Origin: Candidatus Zixiibacteriota bacterium
GTDB lineage: Bacteria > RBG-13-66-14 > B26-G2 > WVWN01
Direction: 5' to 3'
Length of the DNA: 64,000 nucleotides
NCBI GenBank assembly: GCA_050117845.1
Contig: JASFLY010000012.1
Coordinates: forward strand, 12,975 to 76,974
The translations under genes and the position numbers were made by a program. Below the pieces are notes generated by a model. It was not told the origin of the DNA, ran no database searches, and saw only the letters and a program-made list of their open reading frames with translations. Below, in pieces: positions 20,101 to 28,373 of the stretch. The stretch's first letter is position 1; every line of letters begins with the position of its first letter.

Positions 20101-20646
20101 GTGGACGAGCGCATCAACGCCCTTTCCATGCTGGCGGAGGACCTCGAGGAACGGCTACGGGTATTGACCCAGCGCCGCGACGAGGTCGGTACGGTGGAAC
20201 GCGAAATCCGCGACCTCAAAGCCTATTATGAATTGGTCAACCAGGGTATGACCGAGCTAAAGACCGAAGCCGACGCGGTGGAGGTCATGCGGAGCCAAAT
20301 AACCGAGCTCGCCGACGCCCGCAAAGACGTAACGCTTGCCGTCCGGGAGATAGCCTCCAAGCGCGCCGAACTTAAAGAGGTAGAGAATAAATTCGAGGTG
20401 CTGGGGCGTACGGCCGCCGGCCTGGAAGAGAAGTTGGCCCAAATCCGGAATCAGGAGAAGCGCGTCGATACGCTGGCCGAGAAACTCGCTCAGGTCAGCT
20501 TCCTCACCAAAGACGTTGAGACCAAGATGTCGAACCTCCGCGCGACCAGCGAAAGGCTGGACGAACTCCAGAAGAAAATCGCCCGTTCGGACGTCATCCT
20601 GAACGAAGCTCTCAAACGCGCGAGCGAGGGGAAACCCCCCGCTTAA
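17101..20646 (+). CDS. Giant (1181 aa) coiled-coil protein, no recognisable globular domain
   Basis: E/K/A/L/R-rich heptads almost end to end, almost no Pro, no Walker A/B, hinge, TM or signal peptide. Confidence 0.85.
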   Translation: MAPIFSKKPELTPELVGEYFDKRAAEFKALLNQATEHEKKLADRAAQVEGDVAKIDELDKKVKEFETKSAALAEMLRKVEGLPASVNAAAEKAATSETKVRDVETRLKAVGEKQAELLALEKKITALTENANRATADVNKIEGRLAEVRKADAEITKLTQNLAGAEDKITSRTRDSAERVTALSSQIGELEKSVKAAGQAVERVEGEIKSTKAELAGLGDQTKQLTAVEKNLASVKTKLDQVERSAAQVTELRAELKAAGHAVEKTNSANDANKQTLAEVKSALAETKKAADQQGSQIATLSDNFSKTGADVEKRLKDVDASFGKLETRAKELETLSKKADKINDRTETAAVKTDELEQRLAIVEKAKKEIETLRERVDTTAAAAKEAATEGKAVRTSLEGVRAEAEKIRADVNTVSETFKTINKNVKATGEDVTEVSRRAGNVAGRTTKLEQKIDGIEASIAQLAEADKRVGAVTSKAETVETKLTDLNERFKTTQAELKSAGGRAETLEKSLAKIQEDFETLRVERQRYDEAEQNIDRLNSLIEYINTKIDVLEDQRELIAKANEESGKLDVLLWEMDVRLKKLAEEQKMVREGEKRIADLEEIMAGIRDKFREAQGIRDKLLDMENRREDFVRDLSSFERQINDFRETRSNLDKYFRTAEEIIAQAGHAEHKVMDVQSMLGTIESRAEILKTVKADLADVQSQAASVEKLQDKISTLESRLAEADALSRVVADQIAENKAREAAFTGHASRLDEVEDKVRQLTLDIDRVEAAGQEIKNIQNTIADLGQESESAARELAQFQNERSRVQDEFDRATRTAQDHLEQIERRQEEIRLREELVTSVHDKTEKIDGLLKDIDQRMMAVLREDAKLDALSSRLDDLNRDLSLLEEKRRAALKSEKEVDRLVEKVGYLEESTASVDKAISTQSKLRLQLSEEAERLTDIKSEVGDVTETVMMHAARVGETEKEVNRLLERIQEAGQEAAKKASLVERRSQDIIAVDERINALSMLAEDLEERLRVLTQRRDEVGTVEREIRDLKAYYELVNQGMTELKTEADAVEVMRSQITELADARKDVTLAVREIASKRAELKEVENKFEVLGRTAAGLEEKLAQIRNQEKRVDTLAEKLAQVSFLTKDVETKMSNLRATSERLDELQKKIARSDVILNEALKRASEGKPPA

Positions 20647-20678
20647 ACCCGTAGGGAACGCCCGGGAGCGGACCTGAC

Positions 20679-21464
20679 ATGGCCTATAAAATCGCGGTAA
20701 CCAGCCAGAAGGGCGGCGTGGGTAAAACGACCACCGCCGTGAATCTGAGCGCCTCTCTCGCCCTCGCGGAGAGGAAAACGCTCCTGATCGACCTCGACCC
20801 CCAGGGCTGTGCCAGCGTCGCGCTGGACTTCAACCAGGAACTGCTTTACCGGGGTGTTTACGAGATATTCATGCGGAACTTCCCGGCCTCGGGCAGCATC
20901 CACGAGACCGGCGTCCCCAACCTCTCCATCATCCCGAGCAACATCTGGTCGAACAACGCCGAAGAAGAAATAATGCGGGCGTCTCTCAACCGTACTTCCC
21001 TCGCCCGTTCCATCGACGAGATAGAAGAGGAATTCGATTACATCGTCCTCGACTCCCCGCCGAGCATGAGCCACCTCATGGTGAGCGCCCTCGTGGCCGC
21101 GGACTCCGTGCTGATTCCGGTACAGGCCGAGTTCTACTCCTACAATGCGTTCGAACAGTTCATCCGGCTGGTAAAGACCGTCCGCCTGAGCGTAAACCCG
21201 GACCTCGAGATAGAAGGCTTCCTCCTCACCATGTACGACGACCGGACGAAGCTGGCGCACGAGGTCGAGGATTCGTTGCGGCGCCGCTTCGGTAAGGCCG
21301 TATTCAAGACCGTCGTGCCGCGCAGCATCTCGCTGGCAGAGGCCCCGGCGCAGGGGAAACCCGGCATCGTCCTGGACGGCCGCTCCCCCGGCGCCAAGGC
21401 CTACCTTCAACTCGCGGCCGAGATAGTCCGCCGTGAGAAGTCGCGACGCAAAGCCCAAGTATAA
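20679..21464 (+). CDS. parA: ParA/Soj family ATPase (no adjacent ParB)
   Basis: KGGVGKTT, DLDPQG, DSPP, PVQAE, TMYDDRT, PRSISLAEAP. Confidence 0.92.
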   Translation: MAYKIAVTSQKGGVGKTTTAVNLSASLALAERKTLLIDLDPQGCASVALDFNQELLYRGVYEIFMRNFPASGSIHETGVPNLSIIPSNIWSNNAEEEIMRASLNRTSLARSIDEIEEEFDYIVLDSPPSMSHLMVSALVAADSVLIPVQAEFYSYNAFEQFIRLVKTVRLSVNPDLEIEGFLLTMYDDRTKLAHEVEDSLRRRFGKAVFKTVVPRSISLAEAPAQGKPGIVLDGRSPGAKAYLQLAAEIVRREKSRRKAQV

Positions 21465-21484
21465 TTAGGTTATTATGAATAAAC

Positions 21485-21511
21485 AAACGCGGCCTTCGGG
21501 CCGCGTTTTTT
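21485..21511. terminator. Bidirectional intrinsic terminator between parA and mutL
   Basis: aaacgcggcc-TTCG-ggccgcgttt with T/A tracts on both sides. Confidence 0.85.
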
Positions 21512-21537
21512 CTTGGGTGTGGTCGCGTTTTCGAGCC

Positions 21538-23319
21538 TCACCTTTTAAACAACCGCTGGAGTTCCCGCGCCGCCAGTTTTACCATCGTCGGCCGGCCGTG
21601 GGGGCAGACGTCGGGCGTGGCCGAGGCGAAGAGGTCCGCCACCAGCGCCGCCATTTCCCCCGGCTCGAGGCGTGCCCCCGCCCTCACGGCTGCATGGCAC
21701 GCGACGCTCTTGCGAACGGCAGCCCGGCGCTTCTCCGCCGCGGCTGGCCTCCCCTCGTCCACGAAGTCCTTGACGAGTTCGCCCATAAAACTTTCGACGT
21801 CGCCCACCGGCACGTCGGCGGGGTGGGCCCGGACGATGAAGGCATCGCCGCCGAACTCCTCCACCTCGAAGCCGAGTTCGTTCAGGGCTGGGAGGCACTC
21901 CCGCAAATCGGCCGCCGCGGCCGCCCCGGGCGATACCGTCACCGGCAGCAAGAGTCGCTGGCTTCCGGCTACCTCCTCGCCCCGCCGACAGAGCCGGTCG
22001 TAGAGTACGCGTTCGTGGGCGGTATGCTGGTCGACGACGACGAGGCCCTTCCCCCGCCGGACGATAATGTAGGTGGCGTCGAGCTGGCCCAAGACCTCGA
22101 CGGCCTCTCTTCCTCCGCCGGCCTCGCTTTCCGCTATCGTTTCGGGCACGTCGTCCGGAGGCGGCACCGGACGGGCATGGCGCGGCGCTTCGGCCCCCTC
22201 CGGCCACAGGCCGTGCCGTGACAGGTACCCCTCCACCGCTTCCCGGATGTTCTCGGTGACGGCGGGCCCCGCCGGCTCCCGGCGCCCGCCGGCCGGCGCC
22301 GAAACGCCGAAGGATTCGGCCCGCACGGTTACACCCGCTCGGGCGAGTTCCTCCCGCAATATCCGGCTCACGAATTCGTAAACGCGACTCTCGTCGGCGA
22401 AGCGGACCTCCTCCTTGCGGGGATGGACGTTGACGTCGACCTCCCCCTCGGGCCAGTCGAGGTAGAGGACGACCAGCGGGTAACGCCCCCGTTCCAGCCT
22501 TCCCTGGTAGGCGGACATCACGGCCTTGAAGACGGGCTTCCCCCGGGCCGGTCGGCCGTTGACGACGGTATAGATGTTGGCGGTCGTTCCGAAGGAGAGG
22601 TCCGTCGGCGATAGGTACGCTCGTACGGAAACGGCGTCCTCCCCCCCCTCGACGGGGACTAGTCGGTCCAGCATCTCCCAGCCGATTATCTCGCCGATGC
22701 GCTGTCGGGCGTCTGCGCCCCCCGAGGCGGTGTACTGCAGGCGGCCGTCCTTCGTGAGCGAGAACGTGGGGCCGAGTTGCGCGAGTGCGAGGCGCTTGAA
22801 AACCTCGGCGGCGCGGCGCCACTCGGCGGCAGGTTTCCCGGCGAACTTGCGGCGGGCGGGGACGTTGTAGTAGAGGTCGCGGACGGACACGGTCGTGCCC
22901 GGCGGCGAGCCCTCCGGGGACACTTTTACCGTGCCGCCCGTGACGACGGCTTTGAGGCCCGTGGGGTCGTCCTCGGTCCGCGTCAGGACCGTAACACGGG
23001 CGACGGCGGCGATAGCGGGCAACGCCTCCCCCCGGAAACCGAGGGTCGCAACGGCGTCCAGGTCCTCTGGCCGGGCGACCTTGCTCGTGGCGTAGCGTTC
23101 GAAGGCGAGCGCGAGGTCCGCGGCGTCCATGCCGCAACCGTCGTCGGCCACGCGGATTTCCGTGAATCCGCCCCCGCTGACGGCGACGTCGATGCGTCGC
23201 CCTCCGGCGTCCAGGCTGTTCTCCATCAGCTCCTTGACGACGGACCACGGCCCCTCGACCACTTCGCCGGCGGCGATGAGGCCGACCATGCTTTCGTCGA
23301 GTTGGCGGACCTTTCCCAT
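21538..23319 (-). CDS. mutL: DNA mismatch repair endonuclease MutL
   Basis: IAAGEVVE, KELMENSLDAG, LGFRGEAL, DVNVHPRK, DQHTAHER, ACH, CPHGRP. Confidence 0.96.
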   Translation of the reverse strand: MGKVRQLDESMVGLIAAGEVVEGPWSVVKELMENSLDAGGRRIDVAVSGGGFTEIRVADDGCGMDAADLALAFERYATSKVARPEDLDAVATLGFRGEALPAIAAVARVTVLTRTEDDPTGLKAVVTGGTVKVSPEGSPPGTTVSVRDLYYNVPARRKFAGKPAAEWRRAAEVFKRLALAQLGPTFSLTKDGRLQYTASGGADARQRIGEIIGWEMLDRLVPVEGGEDAVSVRAYLSPTDLSFGTTANIYTVVNGRPARGKPVFKAVMSAYQGRLERGRYPLVVLYLDWPEGEVDVNVHPRKEEVRFADESRVYEFVSRILREELARAGVTVRAESFGVSAPAGGRREPAGPAVTENIREAVEGYLSRHGLWPEGAEAPRHARPVPPPDDVPETIAESEAGGGREAVEVLGQLDATYIIVRRGKGLVVVDQHTAHERVLYDRLCRRGEEVAGSQRLLLPVTVSPGAAAAADLRECLPALNELGFEVEEFGGDAFIVRAHPADVPVGDVESFMGELVKDFVDEGRPAAAEKRRAAVRKSVACHAAVRAGARLEPGEMAALVADLFASATPDVCPHGRPTMVKLAARELQRLFKR

Positions 23320-23322
23320 TGT

Positions 23323-24147
23323 TTATTCTGACGTCAGGCGGCGGTTGAGGCCGCGGGCGAGCTCGGCCACCTCGGCGACGGCGTCCCCCGGCCCCGCGGC
23401 CGTTACGTACGCCACGTCTCGCTTTATCTTTTCGGCCCCGGTCCCCACGGCACAGGACAGGCCGACCTTGGACAGGAAGGGGAGGTCGTTGAAGGAATCG
23501 CCGATGCCAAGGACGTTCTCGGGGCCGAGGTCGAGGCCGTCGGCGCGCAGGCGGTCAAGCAGCCAGTCCAGGCCGGCGCCCTTGTCCACCGGCCGCGGCG
23601 TTACGTCCACGACGTCGATGGAGCGCGTCACGAAGAACTTGCCGGCGAGGTCGCCGGGCACGTTCTCGACCAGGGCCTGTAGCTCCTCCACCGGGCAACA
23701 CCCGGCGGTGGCGATGCTCACCGAGTAGCGCTTGCCCAGTATCACGCCGGCGCCGCGCTTGGCGGCGAGTTCCTCCTCCGCCCAGGCGCGGAAGCGATTC
23801 ACCAGCGCCAGTATCTCGGGGGCGGCGAGGGCCGGGTGGAAAGCGTACTCGTGGCCCAGCCGCTCGGCCGGGAGGTGCATACCGCAACCGGACTCGAAGA
23901 GCGAGGGCAACGGCGTCGAGAGGAAGCGGGCGAAGGCTTCGAGGTAGGAGTGAGGCCGGCCGGTTATGAGCGATATGGGCGGGACCGTCGGGTCCGTCCG
24001 GGAGAGCTCGTTCAGGCGACGCAGCTCGCGCAGGTCCTCGCAATCCAGGGGCCCCAGGTCGTCGGCGGTAACGGTCCCGTCGAGATCGGCGAGGATGAGT
24101 TTGACGGGGTGAGGGTAGCTATCGAAGGGTTCGGTACTTGTTCCCAT
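23323..24147 (-). CDS. HAD-superfamily (IIB) hydrolase
   Basis: DLDGT, TGR, DKG, IGDSFNDL. Confidence 0.85.
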   Translation of the reverse strand: MGTSTEPFDSYPHPVKLILADLDGTVTADDLGPLDCEDLRELRRLNELSRTDPTVPPISLITGRPHSYLEAFARFLSTPLPSLFESGCGMHLPAERLGHEYAFHPALAAPEILALVNRFRAWAEEELAAKRGAGVILGKRYSVSIATAGCCPVEELQALVENVPGDLAGKFFVTRSIDVVDVTPRPVDKGAGLDWLLDRLRADGLDLGPENVLGIGDSFNDLPFLSKVGLSCAVGTGAEKIKRDVAYVTAAGPGDAVAEVAELARGLNRRLTSE

Positions 24148-24157
24148 TTATCCCAAT

Positions 24158-24598
24158 CTATTTTTGATACCACTTCCGGGGGCCGGCGAGGAAGGCCTCG
24201 ACGCCCCGGCGCTTCAGTTTGCGGAGATTGTAGAGGTGGCCGGTGCCGTGGGCGACGGCCAGCCGTTTCTCGAGTTTCTTGCAGGAGGCGAATTCGTCGC
24301 ACTCCCAGCAGCCAGCGAGGCCCCGGCGCGCGGCGCAGTCCTTGACGTTGCACGGCGGCCCGCCGGCCCGACAGCCGCGACGACAGCGGAGCTTGACCAT
24401 ACCGCCCAGCGTCTCGTAACAGGTCGAATAGCCCTCGAACACTTTAAAGGGGATCGCCTCGGCTATCTTGTCGAAGCGGTACTCCCGCAGCTTCGCGCGG
24501 AGGTCACGGGCCAGGTCGGCCACCTCGCCCTTGTAGAAGGGGCAGTCACCGCAGTAAAGGCCGCAGGGCGCTATCAGTCTTTCGGACACTTCCGTCAT
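24158..24598 (-). CDS. DUF3795 Cys-rich protein
   Basis: PCGLYCGDC ... C..GC ... C.VKDC...RGL.GCWEC.EF..C. Confidence 0.8.
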   Translation of the reverse strand: MTEVSERLIAPCGLYCGDCPFYKGEVADLARDLRAKLREYRFDKIAEAIPFKVFEGYSTCYETLGGMVKLRCRRGCRAGGPPCNVKDCAARRGLAGCWECDEFASCKKLEKRLAVAHGTGHLYNLRKLKRRGVEAFLAGPRKWYQK

Positions 24599-25476
24599 TT
24601 CGATTTATTCTTACCCGGCGCTTTGGCCTCGAGCAGAGGCTGGACGTACGCCAGTTCCTCGGGGCCGCGAACGCGTACCTATATCTTCTTGGCAGCCGAA
24701 CCCTTGCGGTAATCCTCGACGTATACGCCGCGGCGCCGGGCGAATTTCTCCCACGGGAAACCGGCGCGGCCCAACTCGTCCGGCTTGGCGGTCAGGTGGA
24801 CGACGAACGCTTCTCCCTCCGGGAACAGCACCCGGAGGGGTTTTTTGCCGTCGACGTAACGCAAGCCCCAACCGGCGTGCCGGGCCTGGAAGTGGACCTC
24901 CGGCGCAAGGAGGGGGAATTCCTTTTTTATAAAACGCCTGAGAGCCGTCCACGCCTCGCCCGCGGCCCCGGCGTGGCGGCGCAGCTTCGTTTCGGACGGA
25001 ACGTTTTTCTTGTCGAGTAGGCGCGACAGGACGTAGTCGTTCTTGCCCTCCCGGCCGAGTTTACGCCGTATCGCCCGGAGCGTCCCTTCCATGTCGTACG
25101 GCACGAAGACGCGGTCGTAATCCTCGGCCGGGAACTCGCCCTTCTCGAAGCGGCCGCGGATCCGCCGCATGATGAGCAGGCTATTCAACTCCTTGTCACA
25201 TGTGAATTCGTCGCAGTGAGCGCAGTTGGCGTAACCCCGCTCCGCCGCGCAGCGACGGACACGGCAGTACTTATTGACGAGCGAAGCGCCGGCCTTCTCA
25301 TCCGCGAGGCAACCGTCGCAGATAGCTTTTTTCGAAAAACCTTCGGATATGCCCAGGTAGTCCTTCCACAAACGGACGAGTTCGTCCCGGGCCTCGGGAC
25401 CGGCGGCGAGCCGCGGCCTATACGCCGGGCACAGGTCGCAACGGACGCCGCACTTCCCTATCATATCCTTACCCAT
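24595..25476 (-). pseudogene. DUF3795-DUF3788-like fusion with an in-frame TAG at 24679-24681 (nonsense allele or readthrough)
   Basis: CGVRCDLC N-domain, GWGLRY..GKKPL..LFP C-domain; frame continues 27 codons past TAG to a TGA overlapping the next ATG. Confidence 0.6.
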
Positions 25477-25496
25477 AAACCCTCCTTAATAACGTT

Positions 25497-25970
25497 TTAC
25501 AGCTTGACCAACCGTTTCTCGTAATCGGCGACGACGTGTTTCTTGCCCCTTGCGATTACCTCGTGCCCCTCGGCCTCGAGCTTCGCCGTCTGCCCCTCGA
25601 CGCCGCCGGGGTACTTCTCGTTGACGACGCCGCCCTTCTTGAGGGTCCTCCAGTAGGGCGTGATGCGCTTCCGGCCTTCGGCCGCGTCCTCCTCTGCCGC
25701 GCGAGCCGCGATACCGGCGAAGATGCCGGTCGTGATGGGACAGGCGATATCGGCGCCGTGCCGCCGAGCCAGCTCCGCCCGAATCTCGTTGATGGTCGTA
25801 AGCCCGCCCTTGCGAACCTTCTTCATGAGTTCGTCCACTTCCCGCGGCGCCGGTATAACGCAGGTCCCCTCGCCCCAGCGTTTACTCATCCGCTCATCTA
25901 TCTCGATTACCTTGGGCAGATCCTTGTCGTCGGCGAGTTTCTCGCGGTAGGATTTCTTGAGTTTGGCCAC
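25497..25970 (-). CDS. MGMT/alkyltransferase-like DNA-binding family protein
   Basis: KKSYREKL, CPITTGIF, TPYWRTLK, NEKYPGG...Q...LEAEGH. Confidence 0.7.
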   Translation of the reverse strand: MAKLKKSYREKLADDKDLPKVIEIDERMSKRWGEGTCVIPAPREVDELMKKVRKGGLTTINEIRAELARRHGADIACPITTGIFAGIAARAAEEDAAEGRKRITPYWRTLKKGGVVNEKYPGGVEGQTAKLEAEGHEVIARGKKHVVADYEKRLVKL

Positions 25971-26007
25971 GGTTACCTCCCGCCCAGCCCCGCGGCCGGG
26001 CCGCTCG

Positions 26008-26949
26008 TTATTCGGCTTCTTTCAGCCAGACCGTATTCGCGTCGAAATCCGCGAAAACTTTATTGTTTATAAAGAAATCGTAACCCATCACGCCATTGCC
26101 CATGTACCCGGCCATATCGGTTATCACACAGTCGTGCTCCCCCAGCGGGTGCTCGCCGAGGGACAGGTCGATTTTAAAGAAGAGAACCTCTTGCCCCGTT
26201 CGCTCGTTGACGACGACGTTCTCGACGGGGATGGCGTAGCATTCGACTATCGCCTCGGCGAGTTCGGAGCCGGCGGGGATGGCGGTGGCGTTCGAGCCGG
26301 TGTCGAGGCCGATGCGGTACTCGCCGGTTAAGCCCCCGAAACGGACGTCGAATTGCTGGGCGCCGGAATACTCACAACGGAACCACCCCTCGTCGGCGAT
26401 GAAGGCCGGGACCTCCCCCTTGCGGTAGAGCGTCATCTTCCGGGCCCCGTAATCTATGAGGACGTTGAAGTTGCGCAGGAGGCCCAGGCCGACGTAACCG
26501 TCGAAGCCGGGGGGCGACGTCAGGTTCTCGTAGGCCGGGACGTCAGTAAGCTCGAGGCCGCCGACGGTGAACGACGGGATGGTAAACTCCCGGGCGCGGT
26601 AGAGCTTCCCCTCGGCGTCGCGATGCGTGACAGCTCCGCCGGTGTAGGTGACATCCAAGCGCTCGAGCGCCGCCGGCGTGAGCGTAACCGTGGCCCAGCC
26701 GGCGCCGGTGTCCAGCATCAAGTCGAAGCCCTGGCCCTGGATGACGGGGCGTATTATGGCGTAGCGGCCGTCGTGGCCGCCGAAGGACAGGGGGACCTCG
26801 GTCGGCGCGAAGCCGACCAGATCCCTCTCGGCGACGACGTAGGGAGCGCGGTGGCCGAAGCAACCGCCGAGGGCGACGGCCAGGATCAAAAGACTCGACC
26901 AAACGCGGGGGCGGTAGTCCGGTTTTACGGGTATTATGTGGTCAGGCAT
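26008..26949 (-). CDS. Two-domain retropepsin-like aspartic protease, lipoprotein
   Basis: LGGC lipobox; LDTGA and LDTGS catalytic motifs, G.VG / GVMG flap motifs. Confidence 0.75.
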   Translation of the reverse strand: MPDHIIPVKPDYRPRVWSSLLILAVALGGCFGHRAPYVVAERDLVGFAPTEVPLSFGGHDGRYAIIRPVIQGQGFDLMLDTGAGWATVTLTPAALERLDVTYTGGAVTHRDAEGKLYRAREFTIPSFTVGGLELTDVPAYENLTSPPGFDGYVGLGLLRNFNVLIDYGARKMTLYRKGEVPAFIADEGWFRCEYSGAQQFDVRFGGLTGEYRIGLDTGSNATAIPAGSELAEAIVECYAIPVENVVVNERTGQEVLFFKIDLSLGEHPLGEHDCVITDMAGYMGNGVMGYDFFINNKVFADFDANTVWLKEAE

Positions 26950-27119
26950 CGCGGCCCGTATGAATAAAGGCCCTCGAGAGGGCCCGGGTTTAATATGATC
27001 GCTCGTATCTGAACAACCCGACTTGATTTTGCGTACGATTAGATCGACGAGGAAAACACCCCCCGCCCCCTTTCGCCCGCCTCACCTTGAAGCAGATACT
27101 CAAAGGTGATGATTTATCC

Positions 27120-27524
27120 CTACCCATTAATCGGCGTATCCCTTTTAATAGCTTTCGGCCCTTTGGCCACGATAAAAAACGCCCAGGCCAAAACGAGCGC
27201 GACCGGCGCCCAGATTTTCTCCCAGCCGCTCGGGGAAATAACGTTCATAATAACGTTCAGGCAGAAAAATGCGAATATAATCCAGGCGGCGATGCGGAAG
27301 CCCTTGGATTCGGGCTTGGCCACCCTTTTCCCGGCTATCCAGGCCATCAGTACGTAGATAATAATTGAACTCGCGGAGGCAATGCGGTATTCGAGAGGTA
27401 AGACTTCGTTGCCCCCGCCCCAAGCGGCCGCACCCCAGGGCATGCCGGCAATCAGCGCGACCTGAAAACAGGCCAAGATAGCGAGAAGGACAATAATGAT
27501 TATTAACGCATAATTACTTTTCAT
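27120..27524 (-). CDS. Small 4-TM membrane protein
   Basis: FQ..L.AG.PWG.AAWGG motif, four hydrophobic segments. Confidence 0.75.
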   Translation of the reverse strand: MKSNYALIIIIVLLAILACFQVALIAGMPWGAAAWGGGNEVLPLEYRIASASSIIIYVLMAWIAGKRVAKPESKGFRIAAWIIFAFFCLNVIMNVISPSGWEKIWAPVALVLAWAFFIVAKGPKAIKRDTPING

Positions 27525-27642
27525 TATTAGACCAAGTTTTTTTAATTATTAATCCAACGAAACACACCGCTACCGTACTCAACGGTACACGCGGCGCCCC
27601 CGATCAACACGATAACGCCTATAGATTTAGGGGGATATTTTA

Positions 27643-27731
27643 TGGCGGAGAGGGTGGGATTTGAACCCACGAGGCCCAACGGGCCCACACGCTCTCCAGG
27701 CGTGCTCCTTAAGCCGCTCGGACACCTCTCC
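27643..27731 (-). tRNA. tRNA-Ser(GGA)
   Basis: GGAGAGG acceptor, anticodon arm CACGC-CTGGAGA-GCGTG, long variable arm, GTTCAAATCC, CCA encoded. Confidence 0.95.
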
Positions 27732-27759
27732 GCGTAATCGTATTCTGTTTTCGGCCCCT

Positions 27760-28011
27760 TTAATTGCGTATCGCCCGGGCCTCGCCCTCGATGGCGCGGC
27801 GGGCCGCTTGCGCCTCCCCCGCGTCCCAGTCGTCGCCGGCCCGTACCGTAACCGGCACCAGAACGCCGTCGTGTTCGACGAGACAGCGGAAGGGCCGGCC
27901 GAAGAGCCGCTCGCGCCGCGGCTCGGGCGGTGGGTCGGGACGCCCGGAGAGGGCCCCCAACGACGGCCGGGCCACGAAGCCCGCGACCCACAGGCGAATA
28001 CGTCTACCCAT
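27760..28011 (-). CDS. Small hypothetical protein (83 aa) between two tRNA-Ser genes
   Basis: ATG at 28011, fills the spacer; no recognisable motif. Confidence 0.35.
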   Translation of the reverse strand: MGRRIRLWVAGFVARPSLGALSGRPDPPPEPRRERLFGRPFRCLVEHDGVLVPVTVRAGDDWDAGEAQAARRAIEGEARAIRN

Positions 28012-28018
28012 AAATAAT

Positions 28019-28105
<87 letters not shown>

Positions 28106-28119
28106 GTATAAGCCGCGCT

Positions 28120-28148
28120 ATTCTAATAAAAAGGGGCCGCCGCGGCAA
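28120..28148 (-). promoter_or_regulatory. tRNA-Ser promoter
   Basis: TTGCCG-17 bp-TAGAAT followed by GC-rich discriminator. Confidence 0.6.
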
Positions 28149-28181
28149 CCCCAAATTTGCTTTTTTAGTCCATGGGCTCGT

Positions 28182-28373
28182 TTACTCGTTCGCCGAGAGC
28201 GCCTCCAGCGGGCAGGTCATGACGCAATCGCCGCACGCCGTGCAGGAGTCGGCGTCGTACTCAAGGATGGAGCCGACAATAGACAGAGCCAACGGCGCGC
28301 ATACGGCGACACAACCGCCGCAGAGGTCGCAACGGCTATGGTCGACGACGAGGTAGCCGGCGGCAACCGCCAT
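28182..28373 (-). CDS. 2[4Fe-4S] ferredoxin
   Basis: CDLCGGCVAVC and CTACGDCVMTCP; ATG overlaps upstream stop. Confidence 0.85.
   Translation of the reverse strand: MAVAAGYLVVDHSRCDLCGGCVAVCAPLALSIVGSILEYDADSCTACGDCVMTCPLEALSANE

Noticed and set aside
17101-20646. SMC/SbcC or phage tape-measure assignment
   Set aside because: No Walker A/B, signature motif or hinge; no phage genes nearby
24611-24952. Frameshift explanation for the DUF3788-like C-terminus
   Set aside because: The plausible continuation is in the same frame past a TAG; this alternate frame is not protein-like
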